Assembly (NCBI RefSeq): GCF_006345805.1
Contig: NW_021836550.1
Span: forward strand, 1 to 24,518
Direction of reading: 5' to 3'
DNA length: 24,518 bases
From: Octopus sinensis
Taxonomy: Eukaryota
This document shows, piece after piece, positions 1 to 11,910 of the stretch. The notes under the pieces were generated by a model. The model worked only from the letters and a program-made list of their open reading frames with translations. It did no database searches and was not told where the DNA came from. The position numbers and the translations under genes were made by a program. Within the stretch, counting starts at the first letter, position 1. Each line of letters begins with the position of its first letter.

Positions 1-203
1 ATAGAGGGGAGAAACAAGGACAGACAAACGGATTAAGTCGATTACATCGACCCCAGTGCGTAACTGGTACTTAATTTATCGACCCCGAAAGGATGAAAGG
101 CAAAGTCGACCTCGGCGGAATTTGAACTCAGAACGTAACAGCAGACGAAATACGGCTACGCATTTCGCCCGGCGTGCTAACATTTCTGCCAGCTCACCGC
201 CTT
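1..203 (-). mobile_element. tRNA-derived SINE, family A (3' tail cut off by window edge)
   Basis: Near-identical to copies at 806-1030, 7803-8035 and 23693-23924; minus-strand head GGCGGTGAGCTGGCAGAA with B-box GAGTTCAAATTCC. Confidence 0.9.
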
Positions 204-436
204 GTTAGGGAAAGGAATAAAAATAATAAAAAATATTGTGAAAGCCTGTCGATGGGAATGTTTCTGTTATTGGATTAAAGACTTAATCTATCTTCCGGTT
301 TACTACTGCTACTACTTGTCCTCTGGGGGCATTTAACGAACTTCACTCTATTACAATATTTTCATTAATCACTCCTGGTCTCCTTTACTTTTCTGTTCTT
401 GAAGTTCCTGAAAGACGTCGTTTGTACAACCCATTG

Positions 437-800
437 TCTTTTACTTGTTCCCGTCGTGAGATTGCGCCCAAGCTGGAACACCACCTTGAAGAATTTTTAG
501 TCGAATGAATCAACTCCAGTACATTTTTTTAAAAATGTAAACCTGGTACTTATTCTATCGGTCTCCAATGCCGAAGTGCTTAGTTTCGGGGACGTAAACC
601 GATGGTCAAGCGGCGGTGAGAGACAAGCACAGAGACAAAGACACACACACACACGACGAGCTTCTTCCAGTTTCCATCTACCGAATCCATTCACAAAGCA
701 ATTGTCGGCCCGAGGCTATAGTAGAAGACACTTGCCGAATTACCGAAGGTGCCACGCAATGGGACTGAACCCAGAACCATGTGATTAGGAAGCAAGTTTC
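437..800 (-). mobile_element. tRNA-derived SINE, family B (diverged, internal CA microsatellite)
   Basis: Matches 5942-6105 and 17817-18190: tRNA-like head (GGTTCAGTCCC), CORE-like TCTTCTACTATAGCCTCGGGCCGAC block, AGTAAAAG-type tail. Confidence 0.85.
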
Positions 801-805
801 ATATC

Positions 806-1030
806 TGTTTCTTTATTACCCACAAGGGGCTAAACATAGAGGGGACAAACAAGGATAGACAAACGGATTAAGTCGATTACATCGACCCCAGTGCGTAACT
901 GGTACTTGATTTATCGACCCCGAAAGGATGAAAGGCAAAGTCGACCTCGGCGGGATTTGAACTCGGAATGTAACGGCGGACGAAATACGGCTACGCATTT
1001 CGCCCGGCGTGCTAACGTTTCTGCCAGCTC
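806..1030 (-). mobile_element. tRNA-derived SINE, family A
   Basis: Near-identical by eye to 7803-8035; lacks a few nt of the 5' head; abuts the family-B copy. Confidence 0.9.
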
Positions 1031-1977
1031 CACACAGCTACACATGTGCCTTCAAACTCTGATTAAACCATAGAAAATAAATAAATAGATAAATAAATAA
1101 ATAAAATGAAAAGAAAAAGCAGAGGAAAGCGGAAAGAAGAAAGTACCCGTGGAGGTACTTGATATCTGTTACTTTGGATTCGGTTACGGGAGCTTTCAAT
1201 GTAATATTCCTCAGCTGAATTCAATAATTCCATTGCAAATATAAAGTAATAAAGGATTAGTATCAGAAAATATATATTCTTATTAGCACTGCCGCCTCAA
1301 AGAAGACTGACTGTGGGGATTTAATCAGGATTCAGGTAAGGAAACAGGCAGTTACATAAGTACCACCACCACCACCACCAACAACAACAACAACTCTACT
1401 ACCACCTCAAACGGGGGATCACTTTTTATCAGATTTATCATGTCAGCAAACAGAGTCTATAGATTCGCTTTTACCACATTTTCTGACGATAACGTCTATT
1501 ATTTTCTTTCTGATTATTTCTTTCTGGGAATAACATTTGTGATTTTCCTTCTAAGTATTCCTTTCTGGTAATAACGGCTATTATTTCCTTTCTAAGTTTT
1601 TTTTTTTCAGAAGTAAATTTTAAGACCTTGTCGCTGTAGGTTGAGCAAACCAAAACAATTTTTAAATCTGTATTTTGAATTTCTAACTAAAAGAACCATG
1701 TTTATTAACGCTATTAACTCTTCTAGTGTGGATTCAAATAGAACTTGATCTTAGTACATCGGTACTAAGGAAACCTGTCGGAAGGGACCACAAGATAGTT
1801 GAACGAGAAATGAAGGGATCAACGTGAGGGTACTAACCACTTCTTATAGAGAAACTTATACAGTGCTGAAAAGAAAAAAGACAAGACTAAAATCCAACGC
1901 AACGCAGAAAAAAATATATTAGAAGACATGGTAGCCATCTCCAACAGAATTTATCTCACGCAGTGGCAAAATGTCTG

Positions 1978-2156
1978 CCATATTTCCCGGTTACAAGCCG
2001 GCGTAGTATATAGTGTAAACATGTAGTGTCGACATTCAAACACTGCTGCTATCTTTCCAAATCCTGCCCCATTTGATATGAAATTCTTGGTCGATCCGTG
2101 TTTCTTGGCTGTAAATTTTGGCTAGAAAATTTCGCCTTGTACGCCGGAAAATACGG
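1978..2156. mobile_element. Old pogo/Tigger-like MITE
   Basis: Imperfect TIRs CCATATTTCCCGGTTACAAGCCG vs reverse complement of right end CCGTATTTTCCGGCGTACAAGGCG (about 19/24); flanks TG and TT instead of TA. Confidence 0.5.
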
Positions 2157-2326
2157 TTAAAAGAATTATGAATGATATAAAATAAATGTAGCTTATAAAT
2201 TTATGCAACAGTCGTCGCCTATGTCAAAGTTTGAACCATCTAAAATTGAAAGATAGGCTACTCGTTTCAGCTTTCCTTTGCTGTACATTCCTTCTTACAT
2301 ACATAATATAAATAGAAGTGACTGCC

Positions 2327-2640
2327 GAAATGAAAATATTCATCGCATATTTAGTCTCTCATATAAAATAACACAGCTCTAGCGATCCTGCGTATCAGTG
2401 AATTGGAAATATGGCAAGGCAAGGTGGATCAGGAATATAGAATCAAGCTGTGACAAAAATGTTATTTATTTTGGCACATGTTTAACTTTTACTTTCTCGT
2501 CAAACCATATCAAGTGTGGTAGGGTAAGGGTCTGGGTCTAGTGTCAGGTGAAAGAGGATTAAAGGGTGGAATAAGGGGTCCTTTTTCTGGTATTTTCTTC
2601 AAACATTGCAGTCATGGCATTCGAGAACATTCTGGGGTTT
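2327..2640 (-). repeat. Dispersed repeat copy 1 (possible 3' end of a retroelement)
   Basis: Strong identity with 5511-5830, e.g. CTAGCGATCCTG...GTGAATTGGAAATATGGCAAG...CAAGCTGTGACA...ATGTTATTTATTTTGGCACATGTTTA. Confidence 0.7.
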
Positions 2641-2833
2641 ATTAAGAGATGTAACCCAAGTTTATGCCTTTCTAATTGTTCACGTTTTACATATCTTCCT
2701 TTCTTTGTTTTTCAAAGTTTATCTTATTTTAGTATTATTAAATCAAGATTGGTTTACATTCTTAGTTCAAGTCACACTAAGATTAGAATTAGCTTTCGGC
2801 TTTCTGGCGTCGATAAAATAAAGTACTAGTCTA

Positions 2834-3028
2834 CACACATATATATACACACATAGACGAACACACACACAGATATATATGTATATATACATATATACAT
2901 GCTCAGACATATACACAAAATTGTGTGCATATTCATGCATAAAGCAGCAAGGAAAAAAAAAACATATACACAGACATATATATATATATATATATATGTA
3001 TGTATATATACACACATATATATATATA

Positions 3029-3071
<43 letters not shown>

Positions 3072-3390
3072 TATACATACATATATAATATTATATATAT
3101 ATTATATATATCTATATATATTACGTGGAAGCATATATGATATCTGCAGATGCATGCCAACATACACACACATATATAAACACAATTATTGGTGTTTATA
3201 TAACGCATATACTTACATATTACACAATTATACACTTTATACATATACATATATTATATATATATATATATATATATGCATGTATATATTTCTGCGTATT
3301 TATATGTGTATGTATGCGTGTATGCTTGTGTGTGCATTTGTGTGTATGCGTGTGCGTATGTGTGTGTGTGTGTGTGAGAGAGGGAGAGAG
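2834..3390. repeat. Compound (TA)n/(CA)n/(TG)n microsatellite
   Basis: Directly visible dinucleotide runs. Confidence 0.95.
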
Positions 3391-4328
3391 AGGGGGAGAG
3401 TGCGCATTCAGGCACCATAAATGCTACACCTACAACGTTCATACTGTGATCAGTATCGGATCAACTGAAAGTAGATAAATGTCACTGAAAGTATTTTTCA
3501 TGAAAAATTCCATACACGTGCACACGCACGCACGCACGCACATACACATATAATATTCACATATAATATAATTATAATTATCTATAACTATCTATGTGCA
3601 TATAATACGAGAGCGTATCTGTGTCTGTGTGTTTCTGAAAATACCGGTATATATATGTATAAAGAAACAAGTTAAATATAATGGTCATTACATATTTTTC
3701 CTTTATTGGTGCAAATTTGGGTTACAGCTGTTTCCAGCAGTCAATATAAGTATATTACAGATAGGTTTACTTAATTGGTCATAGTCAATTGAGGAAAAAT
3801 GAACGACTTAAGAAAATTTATGCTACTTTCGTCAGAGCCATTTCTGGTTATACCAACCAGAGCTCCGGAGCAATGACTATTGTATGGGAAAGGTAGGAGG
3901 AGAAGGTGAAAATATTCAAGTAGAATGGAGAACAGTGGGAATTTTAAATAGAGTATCAATAAAATTAGTTTTCAAAAAACTGAATGGTTATGGGATCTAC
4001 TAGAATAAAATAATTATCAAAGAGTTCCATAGGTAAAAAATGGTTGAGAACCAGTGGTATTATGAACGTGCGACCTAATCAACATTACTAATTAGCTTCA
4101 TGGTTTTGAAAATAAAATAAAATCCAGGAGGATCAGTTAATTATGATTTTATTCAACATATTCCTCTCAGATTCACACACTTATTGCAGCGGTCTTTCAG
4201 CTTTTCTAAGCCTAGTACATCATCGGACGATATAAGATTGATGATCTTCCATTTGGGATGGGTAAGTAGGGTAGACTTCTTGTTAAGTAAGTACGGAACA
4301 CTTTCTTGTTAAGCATTGTGCTTTGTAA

Positions 4329-4465
4329 CCAAATCCACTCACAAGGCTTTGGTCTGCCCGGGGCTATAATAGAAGACTCTTGCCCAAGGTGCCGCGCAGT
4401 GAGACTGAACACAGCACCATGTGATTGGGAAGCTAGCTTCTTACCACACAGCCACGCGTGTGCCT
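4329..4465 (-). mobile_element. SINE family B, 5' half
   Basis: Reverse complement of the head and central block at 5942-6105. Confidence 0.85.
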
Positions 4466-4967
4466 ATATATACATATAAATAGTTATCGCCAAGCTAACA
4501 TGGCAGTCCAGGAAAATAGGACGAATGCTGCCGTTGATTTGCTCCAAGAAATAGACCTTTCTGTGTATCCCAGAATGCTCTATGTGGGCGGTTTTTCTAT
4601 GCTCCACATAATTCCTTCAGCCATTATAATTCTAACATAGCAGTTTTGTGAAATTAACAGAAGTATGACAAGTATCTTATCATATATCAGGAAATTATAC
4701 CCACCTTATTATGGATTAATCATGGATGGATTCATCGTCTGTGAGTATGAAATATCTCCTCATATCTCCGGTAATTGCACCCACATTATGGATGGATTTA
4801 CCTTTTCTGTGAAGCTAACAATCTTTTTTAAAAGCCTATTATAAGACTGTGCATCATTAGAGAACTTTGGAAGTCTGCTTACAATCTAAATTTGCTTTTT
4901 ATAGAACTATCTTCGATACTTCATGAGTGTAGCCTCACCCCCTAGGATGCTTGGAGAACTCATATGT

Positions 4968-5060
4968 GTTTTGGCTGATGAGTACGGGACACTTGTATTT
5001 GCTGCAATATTTGCATCTTTTAATAAAGCTGTTCTTCGTATGAAACAATTGTACTGAAAA
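4968..5060 (+). ncRNA. Candidate type-I hammerhead ribozyme with long stem II
   Basis: TTTTGG-CTGATGA-GTAC...GTAT-GAAA-CAATTG-TA-CTGAAA: canonical core, palindromic stem III ACAATTGT, GUA site, 6-bp stem I with two G-U pairs. Confidence 0.4.
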
Positions 5061-5089
5061 ACTAATCCATTCTTGTTGCTTTTTTCTTG

Positions 5090-5120
<31 letters not shown>

Positions 5121-5172
5121 AACCAGCTTAGAGAAGAAGAAGAAACGAAACGAACCAAACGAATCGAATCGA

Positions 5173-5213
<41 letters not shown>

Positions 5214-5357
5214 AATTAGGTACATTAAAACACAAAACAGGCGACCCTTAACAGGCAGCCTCACATTCTAGGAGGAGCAGTCACAACCACATTTAAGAGC
5301 AATTTCGAAGGGAATGAAAAATAAAAACTTTTACGTTGTTTTTTTTACCTTCTTTAT

Positions 5358-5389
<32 letters not shown>

Positions 5390-5510
5390 GAATATAATAT
5401 ATATATATATATATATATACATATACATACACACACACATATGGAAGAAGAAAAGTGAGGGGAGAGGAAGGGAAAGAGAAGAGGAGAGAGAGAGAGAGAG
5501 AGAGAAATAT

Positions 5511-5830
5511 TGAAATGAGAATATTCATGGCATATTTTGTCTCTCGTATAAAATAGCACAGTTCTAGCGATCCTGTGTTTTAGTGAATTGGAAATATGGC
5601 AAGGTGGACCAGGAATATAGATTCAAGCTGTGACAGAAATGTTATTTATTTTGGCACATGTTTAGATTCTGCTTCATCATAAAGCTATATGAACTTGGAA
5701 GGGTAAGGGTTTGCTTCTAGTGTCAGGTAATTGAGCGTTGAGGAGGTGGTACTGAGGTTCGGTTACTGAAATTGTTTTTCTGAAGCATTGCAGCCGTTGA
5801 TTATAAACTTTTTGGAGTTTAAAACATATA
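5511..5830 (-). repeat. Dispersed repeat copy 2 (same family as 2327-2640)
   Basis: Direct-orientation homology to 2327-2640. Confidence 0.7.
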
Positions 5831-5941
5831 ACATAGATTTATTTTGTTAATGTGTATTTAAATATTGTTTTTTATTTGTTTTTTATGTTCATGTTATGTT
5901 TGTGCCATTAAACAATTTTCTTGTGAAAAAAAAATCAATTT

Positions 5942-6105
5942 AGGCGGCGGCGTGGCTGTGTGCTTAGACGCTTACTTCCCAACCACATGGTTCCGGGTTC
6001 AATCCCTCTGCATGGCACCTTGGGCAAGTGTCTTCTACTATTGCCGCGGGCCGACCAAAGCCTTGTGAGTGGATTTGATAGGCAGCAAACTGATAGAAGC
6101 CCGTC
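5942..6105 (+). mobile_element. SINE family B, 5' half ending in its internal (TACA)n/(TA)n tract
   Basis: tRNA-like head GGCGTGGCTGTGTGCTTAG...GGTTCAATCCC, then MIR/CORE-like CCTTGGGCAAGTGTCTT. Confidence 0.88.
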
Positions 6106-6110
6106 ATACC

Positions 6111-6144
<34 letters not shown>

Positions 6145-6156
6145 CATACATATACA

Positions 6157-6188
<32 letters not shown>

Positions 6189-6202
6189 CATACATATATA
6201 TA

Positions 6203-6527
6203 TGGCTCAGTGGTTAGAGTGTAGAACTTGCGATCGTGAGTTTGTGAGCTCGAATCCCGGACCGGGCTACGTGTTGCGTTCTTGAGCAAGACACTGTTTC
6301 ACGTTGCTCCAGTTCACTCAGCTGTAGAAATGAGTTGCGACGTCACAGGTGCCAAGCTGTATCGGCCCCTTTGCCTTTCCCTTGGACAACATCGGTGACG
6401 TGGAGAGGGGAGGCCAGTATGCATGGGCAACTGCTGGTCTTCGATAAACAACCTTGCATGGACTTCTGCCTGGGAGGGTACCTTTCTAGGTGCAATCCTA
6501 TGGTCAGTGTCGTGACCGAAGGGGGTC
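6203..6527 (+). mobile_element. tRNA-derived SINE, family C (CORE-like central domain)
   Basis: A-box TGGCTCAGTGG, B-box-like GCTCGAATCCC, CORE-like TTCTTGAGCAAGACACT...CAGCTGTAGAAATG, distinct 3' tail. Confidence 0.8.
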
Positions 6528-6538
6528 CCAGACTCAAA

Positions 6539-6580
<42 letters not shown>

Positions 6581-6974
6581 CATTGGTTAATAATTCACGT
6601 GTAATATATAAATAAAACTATTTCATTGGCTCGTTTCAAATTTTGTTTTGTTTTTGTTTTGTTAATATTTTTTCAACTTTACAACATTCCATTCAATGGC
6701 ATGAGTGTGTGCATGTGCGCGCGAGCGCGTGTGTGTGATCATGCGAGGTGCATCCCAGAAGTTTTGAGACTTTTGTGGGAGAGTCATTTACGATTGTTCT
6801 ATATTATTGTAATTTTAGTATATCATTATTATACGCTCACTAAACTGATCTGCCAACTTTTGTTATTCCAGGTTGAAGCTAACGGCTGTGACAGCACTTT
6901 AAACACAATCCACTAAACACCGCCTCTTACAGTTGACTAGTTTGCAGAATGTAGTCAGCATGTGAAGACAATTT

Positions 6975-8264
6975 GGATGCTGGCGATGCAATAGTTTTGA
7001 GTTAAACTGGGCGAAATACGCTTCAGTAGCTAAGGAAATTCTCCATTCTGCTTATGGATTAACTTGTATGAGTTGAGCATTTGTCTTTCTCTGATACAAA
7101 ATGTTCGAGAACAGTATAAAGAAAGAGAGAGACGATGCGAGGTATGGGTTGGGCAGAGGCATCAGCACATCAGTCTGGCTGTGAAAATTCGCAATTTTCG
7201 AGATGAAGACCGTCGTGTGTTTGTAAAGATAATAAGCATACAGTTTGTAGTTGATGTGGCAACTATACACAGAATTATTCATGAAGATCTGAGCATGCGC
7301 AAAGTCTGGGTTAACTTTGAATTCAGGGTGCTCAGTGAAGATTAGAAGAAAAGACGCGTTAGTGTCAGCAGAGAGGAGATTGGGTTCATTAAACCCAATA
7401 CAAGAATACTTGAATCTAGTGATCTGTGACGAAAGCCGGTTCTACTGTTACGATACAGAGATCAAGAGACAGTGTATCCAATGAAAGCATCCTGGATCCA
7501 CGAGACCCAAGAGGGCCAGGCAAATCAGGTCCAGCAGGAAGCACATTATGATCCCCTTTTTTGATAGCAAGAGCATCATTTACATCTGCTGGGTCCTCTC
7601 TGGCCGAACAGTCAACAAAGAGTTCTTTGTGGACGTTCTGAGAGAGTTCAGAAAGCAATTTTGTTGCAAAAAGGGCAGAATTCTTTCACCCCGATCAGTG
7701 GTACTTGCACCAGAACAATTCATTAGCCCACAATTCCATTCCAGCAACCAGCTACTTGACAGAGATGGGCATTAAAGCTGTCCGTCACCTCTCTACAATG
7801 TATATTTCTTTACTACCCACAAGGGGCTAAACACAGAGGGGACAAACAAGGACAGACAAAGGGATTAAATCGATTACATCGACCCCAGTGCGTAACTGGT
7901 ACTTAATTTATCGACCCCGAAAGGATGAAAGGCAAAGTCGACCTCGGCGGAATTTGAACTCACAACGTAACGGCAGACAAAATACCGCCAAGCATTTCGC
8001 CCGACGTGCTAACGTTTCTGCCAGCTCGCCGCCTTTCTACAATGTAGACCTTGCTTCCTTTGGCCTTTGGTTGTTTCCCAAGCTGAAGGGGAACCTCAAT
8101 CGCAGTCCATTTTGGAGACATTGAGAAGATGGAAGAGGCTGTGACAAGGGTCCTCGATACCTTCACTTATGATGACTCCCATCACTTCCAAGGGCCCTGA
8201 CGAAGTGAACGTAGCGCTGCAACAAGTGCATTAAGTTAAAAGATCCTACTTTGAAGGACATTAG
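6975..8264 (+). pseudogene. Mariner (D,D34D-type) transposase pseudogene, frameshifted and SINE-interrupted
   Basis: Relic peptides DEDRRV..IHRIIHEDLSMRKV, VICDESRFYCYD, MIPFFDSKSII..TVNKEFFVDVLREFRK, HQNN (HQDN), YNVDLASFGLWLFPKLK (YSPDLAPCDFWLFPKLK), YFEGH-stop. Confidence 0.9.
7803..8035 (-). mobile_element. SINE family A, full length, with 11-bp TSD
   Basis: TCTACAATGTA at 7792-7802 and 8036-8046. Confidence 0.95.
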
Positions 8265-8623
8265 AGTTTTGTACTTTGAAATTAATGTCTTTCCTAAAAA
8301 AGTCTCAAAACGTTTGGAATGTACCTCATACACCCACCACCACAAATACTTCCCCCCACAGACATACACCTGCAATGCTTTCATTAATTTTGTTACTTTT
8401 TTAATAAATTTATTTGTCGAAAACTATTATTATTTTAGGAACTTCCATTTTCCTTGGCTCCTAAGGCGTATTTTCTGTTCATTAAATTTGTTCGTTTTTA
8501 TGAAGCCTATTATGTTATTTAGTTCAGCATATTTACTGTTCTATATTTAAGAGATGAGGAATTATGTATACTATTTATATTATTTACATTTTACGCATAT
8601 TTGTCCTCATCTTGTTTTTTGTT

Positions 8624-8669
8624 AACACAATGTTTCAGCTGATATACCCTCCAACCTTCATCAGGTGTC
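8624..8669 (-). ncRNA. Minimal type-I hammerhead ribozyme motif
   Basis: GACAC-CTGATGA-A-GGTTG(10 nt)CAGCT-GAAA-CA-TT-GTGTT. Confidence 0.75.
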
Positions 8670-8730
8670 TTGGGGAAATTTCGAACCTGGGTTCTCATTA
8701 TTAAGGTATTTTTCGATGCTGTTGTTGTTG

Positions 8731-8847
<117 letters not shown>

Positions 8848-8920
8848 GGGCATATGGTGTAGTGGTTAAGAGCGCGTGCTACTAATCCCAATATTCCGAG
8901 TTCGATTCCAAGCAGTGGCC
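8848..8920 (+). promoter_or_regulatory. tRNA-like SINE head with Pol III A/B boxes (not a functional tRNA)
   Basis: A-box TGGTGTAGTGG (8855-8865), B-box GTTCGATTC (8900-8908); anticodon and acceptor arms mispaired. Confidence 0.75.
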
Positions 8921-9043
8921 AGAATAATAATAATAATAAGGATAATAGTTGTAGTAGTAGTAGTAGTAGTAGTAGTAGTAACAACAACAACAACATGGAA
9001 AAATACTTTAGGAATGAGAACCCAGGTTCGAAATTTCCCCCAA

Positions 9044-9089
9044 GACACCTGATGAAAGCTGGAGGGCATATCAGCCGAAATGTTGTGTT
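9044..9089 (+). ncRNA. Minimal type-I hammerhead ribozyme motif
   Basis: GACAC-CTGATGA-A-AGCTG(10 nt)CAGCC-GAAA-TG-TT-GTGTT. Confidence 0.75.
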
Positions 9090-9414
9090 AACAACAAACA
9101 AGATGACAAATATCCGTCAAATGTAAATAATGTACACATTTACTGTGTTTGAAAAACACTATGTTTTAATTGATGACCTCGTATTAACAGTCACCTTTTC
9201 TAGATGATTCATTGCACGAACATCCTTTTTCTTTTTAATTTTCATGGTCTCATGTTTTTGCTAGTTATTTTTTCTCATTTTTTTGCGTTTCATTATATAT
9301 ATATCCTGGTTTTGCTTTTATAGGTTAGTGACTTTTGAGGAAGCGTGTTAGGAATGTGGTTTCCTCTACATGCATATAAAGAAATATCCGTATGTGTGTG
9401 TGTGTGTGAACGGT

Positions 9415-9772
9415 GTTTTATGTATGCAATTTGAATCTGTGATTTAAAGCCCGAATTCTCCAAAGTATGTATGAATGTTCTTCTTTTAACGATGGGCTGT
9501 TGGTGGTACAGCAGTTCTATTGCTGGTGGTATACTGCTTTTACTGGAGACCGTAGCCTATTATTTCCTATTATATATTTGTGCTTATGCTATTTTCCTTT
9601 AAATACCAGGTGTACTTAGATAGCGACGTAGCATTTCTTCTCATAATGTTTCGGAATGAACTTGTGCTTCGTAACTCTAATTTTGACATTCCTTGATTGC
9701 ACTGACATACTTTTTTTAGCTTGTCCTTCTTGCAATATTGTTGCTTGATAGACGATATAGTTTGTATTATTT
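9415..9772 (-). pseudogene. Relic GIY-YIG endonuclease domain of a Penelope-like retroelement
   Basis: Frameshifted peptides NYIVYQATI..KKYVS..KIRVTKHK..SFRNIMRRNATSLSKYTWYLKEN..ALNHR..SNCIHK resemble the recalled PLE pattern VIYQATV..TYIG..FKTRYNNHKSSF..NSTELSKYIWQLK..LLNKR..SKCRH. Confidence 0.75.
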
Positions 9773-10679
9773 TGAAAGTTAAGTAAAATAGAAACTAACG
9801 CAACAGAAATTGATCACGTCTCAGATAATCTCTGCTTTACCTTATTCGGTCATTCTCGCTCTTATTCGATCCGATGGGACTATGTTGCAAAATAATCCAT
9901 ATGATAAAACCACTTACATCAAGATCAAAACTCTATACCAGCACCAGTACCCATCCCAACATACCTTCAAAATCATCACTACCTATATACCCTCACCCCA
10001 AATTCATCCTACTTCTCACTGTCTATGTCGTTGTCCTTCTTCTCCTCCTCCGCCTCCTCTCCTCGTAATCCTTATCAAGCATTTGACCTGCAAGAAATAG
10101 CAATCAAATATTCCTTAATTCACTCTCTTCTATTTCTTTTTGTTTTTTTTAAAAGAAACATTGAAAAAAAAAAAAAACAGAAAATAGATTGTTATGGCTG
10201 GAATGTCATTGATCACGGGCCTGCTTCATCACAGCTGGCCTCGAGTTAGACAACAACAGCAACCACTAATTGTATTGCCATTTTATGAACCGTATCAGTT
10301 GCACGCACACACACATACACACACAGACATACACCACCAACACCACCAACACCAGCAACATCAACACCAAATCCTCCTCCTCCACCACCACCACCACCAC
10401 CACCACCACCAATAACGGCAACATAATAAACCCTATTTACTAACACAGGTGCCCAATAACGCTGCCTTCAAACGCTCTATCTTTAGTACGACAGCATCTG
10501 TGTGTGTGTGTGCGAGAAACGATGTGACTTTCAAAAGTTTACCTGAAGTTTTCGATGAGGTTTTTCTTGGCACAGCCTCCGTCATGTTTACTTAAAGAAT
10601 GTTACCACCCAGAGAATTCCACCCGATTCACCCACTCACCCACTCACCCGATTCACACGCGTATACATTGACAGAAATA

Positions 10680-11020
10680 TATATATAGATATATATATAT
10701 ATATATATACTTATATATATATTATATGATACAAACAAACAATTGTTTACGTACACTACACTTTCATCAATTATATATACTATATATATATATGTGTGGT
10801 GTGTGTGTACGGTGCACGAGCGTGAGTGCGTGAGTGCATCCGGGTATGTGTATGTATTTGTATGGTACGTATGAAATAACTCAAAACCTGCGAACGTGTG
10901 AATAAAGATGTACCATACATGCATATATGTAATATATATATATATATATCATATATATATATATGTATATATATATAATTATATATATATGTATATATCT
11001 ATCTATATCTAGATCTATCA

Positions 11021-11057
<37 letters not shown>

Positions 11058-11453
11058 AGTATATATATATATATATATGCATGTATATATGGGTTTATGC
11101 GCTATCATACATACATATATAATATACTAATATATATATTATATAGTATATATAATATATATATATATATATATAGCTATGCAGGTATATGTGTACAACT
11201 GTATGTGTAAATAAAAACAACTGTGGTATTTCAGGAGATAAACGAAAAAATAACAACGACAAGAAAAAAAAGAAGGAAAAAATCAAATCATGCAATAAAG
11301 AAAGAAAGACACAAATACGGAAAGAAAGGAAGAAATGGAATGGAATAACAAAGAAAGTAAAGCTATGGAAAGGTAAAAGAAAATGCAAAAAGAAAATAAA
11401 AAAATTATATCCCCAAAGGTCACAGCTGTAACAAAACAAAACCACTGAAATAT

Positions 11454-11514
<61 letters not shown>

Positions 11515-11864
11515 TGTGTGTTTGTGTATGTGTGTGTGTGTGTTGTGTGTTTAGATGAATATATTTATATGTATATATCTATATACACAAAAATGTTTAC
11601 TCATGTATATGCGTATATACATATATAGACATACATACAAATATATATATATATACGTATATATATATATGTATGTATATATATGTATATATATATGTAT
11701 GTATATATATATATATATATATTTATACATATGTATATATATATGTGTGTTGTGTGTATATATATATATATAGGTGCTTATAGACGTGTACATGCATACA
11801 TACATACAAACATACATACATGCATACTTACATACAAACATACATACATGCATACATACATACA

Positions 11865-11897
<33 letters not shown>

Positions 11898-11910
11898 GTA
11901 TATATATTAG
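10680..11910. repeat. Extended (TA)n/(TG)n/(TACA)n microsatellite field with an A-rich low-complexity segment
   Basis: Directly visible. Confidence 0.9.

Larger units (their letters stand above)
6744..8328 (+). mobile_element. Decayed full-length mariner DNA transposon (~1.34 kb without the nested SINE)
   Basis: TIRs TGCGAGGTGCATCCCAGAAGTTTTGAGACTTTT vs reverse complement of right end TATGAGGTACATTCCAAACGTTTTGAGACTTTT (27/33, TSD positions included); right TSD TA, left TG. Confidence 0.9.

Noticed and set aside
1288-1342. Possible 49-nt exon (TTCTTATTAG...CAG/GTAAGG; TAASKKTDCGDLIRIQ)
   Set aside because: Splice-like signals this short arise by chance; no partner exons or recognisable peptide.
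3785-3920. KKIYATFVRAISGY peptide resembling a CR1/L2 RT C-terminus
   Set aside because: Too short and degenerate to support a call.
4490-5055. Long nearly open frames on both strands
   Set aside because: Several stops, no recognisable domain, no convincing splice sites.
8848-8920. Functional tRNA gene
   Set aside because: Acceptor and anticodon stems do not pair properly; it is embedded in a repeat, so treated as a SINE head.
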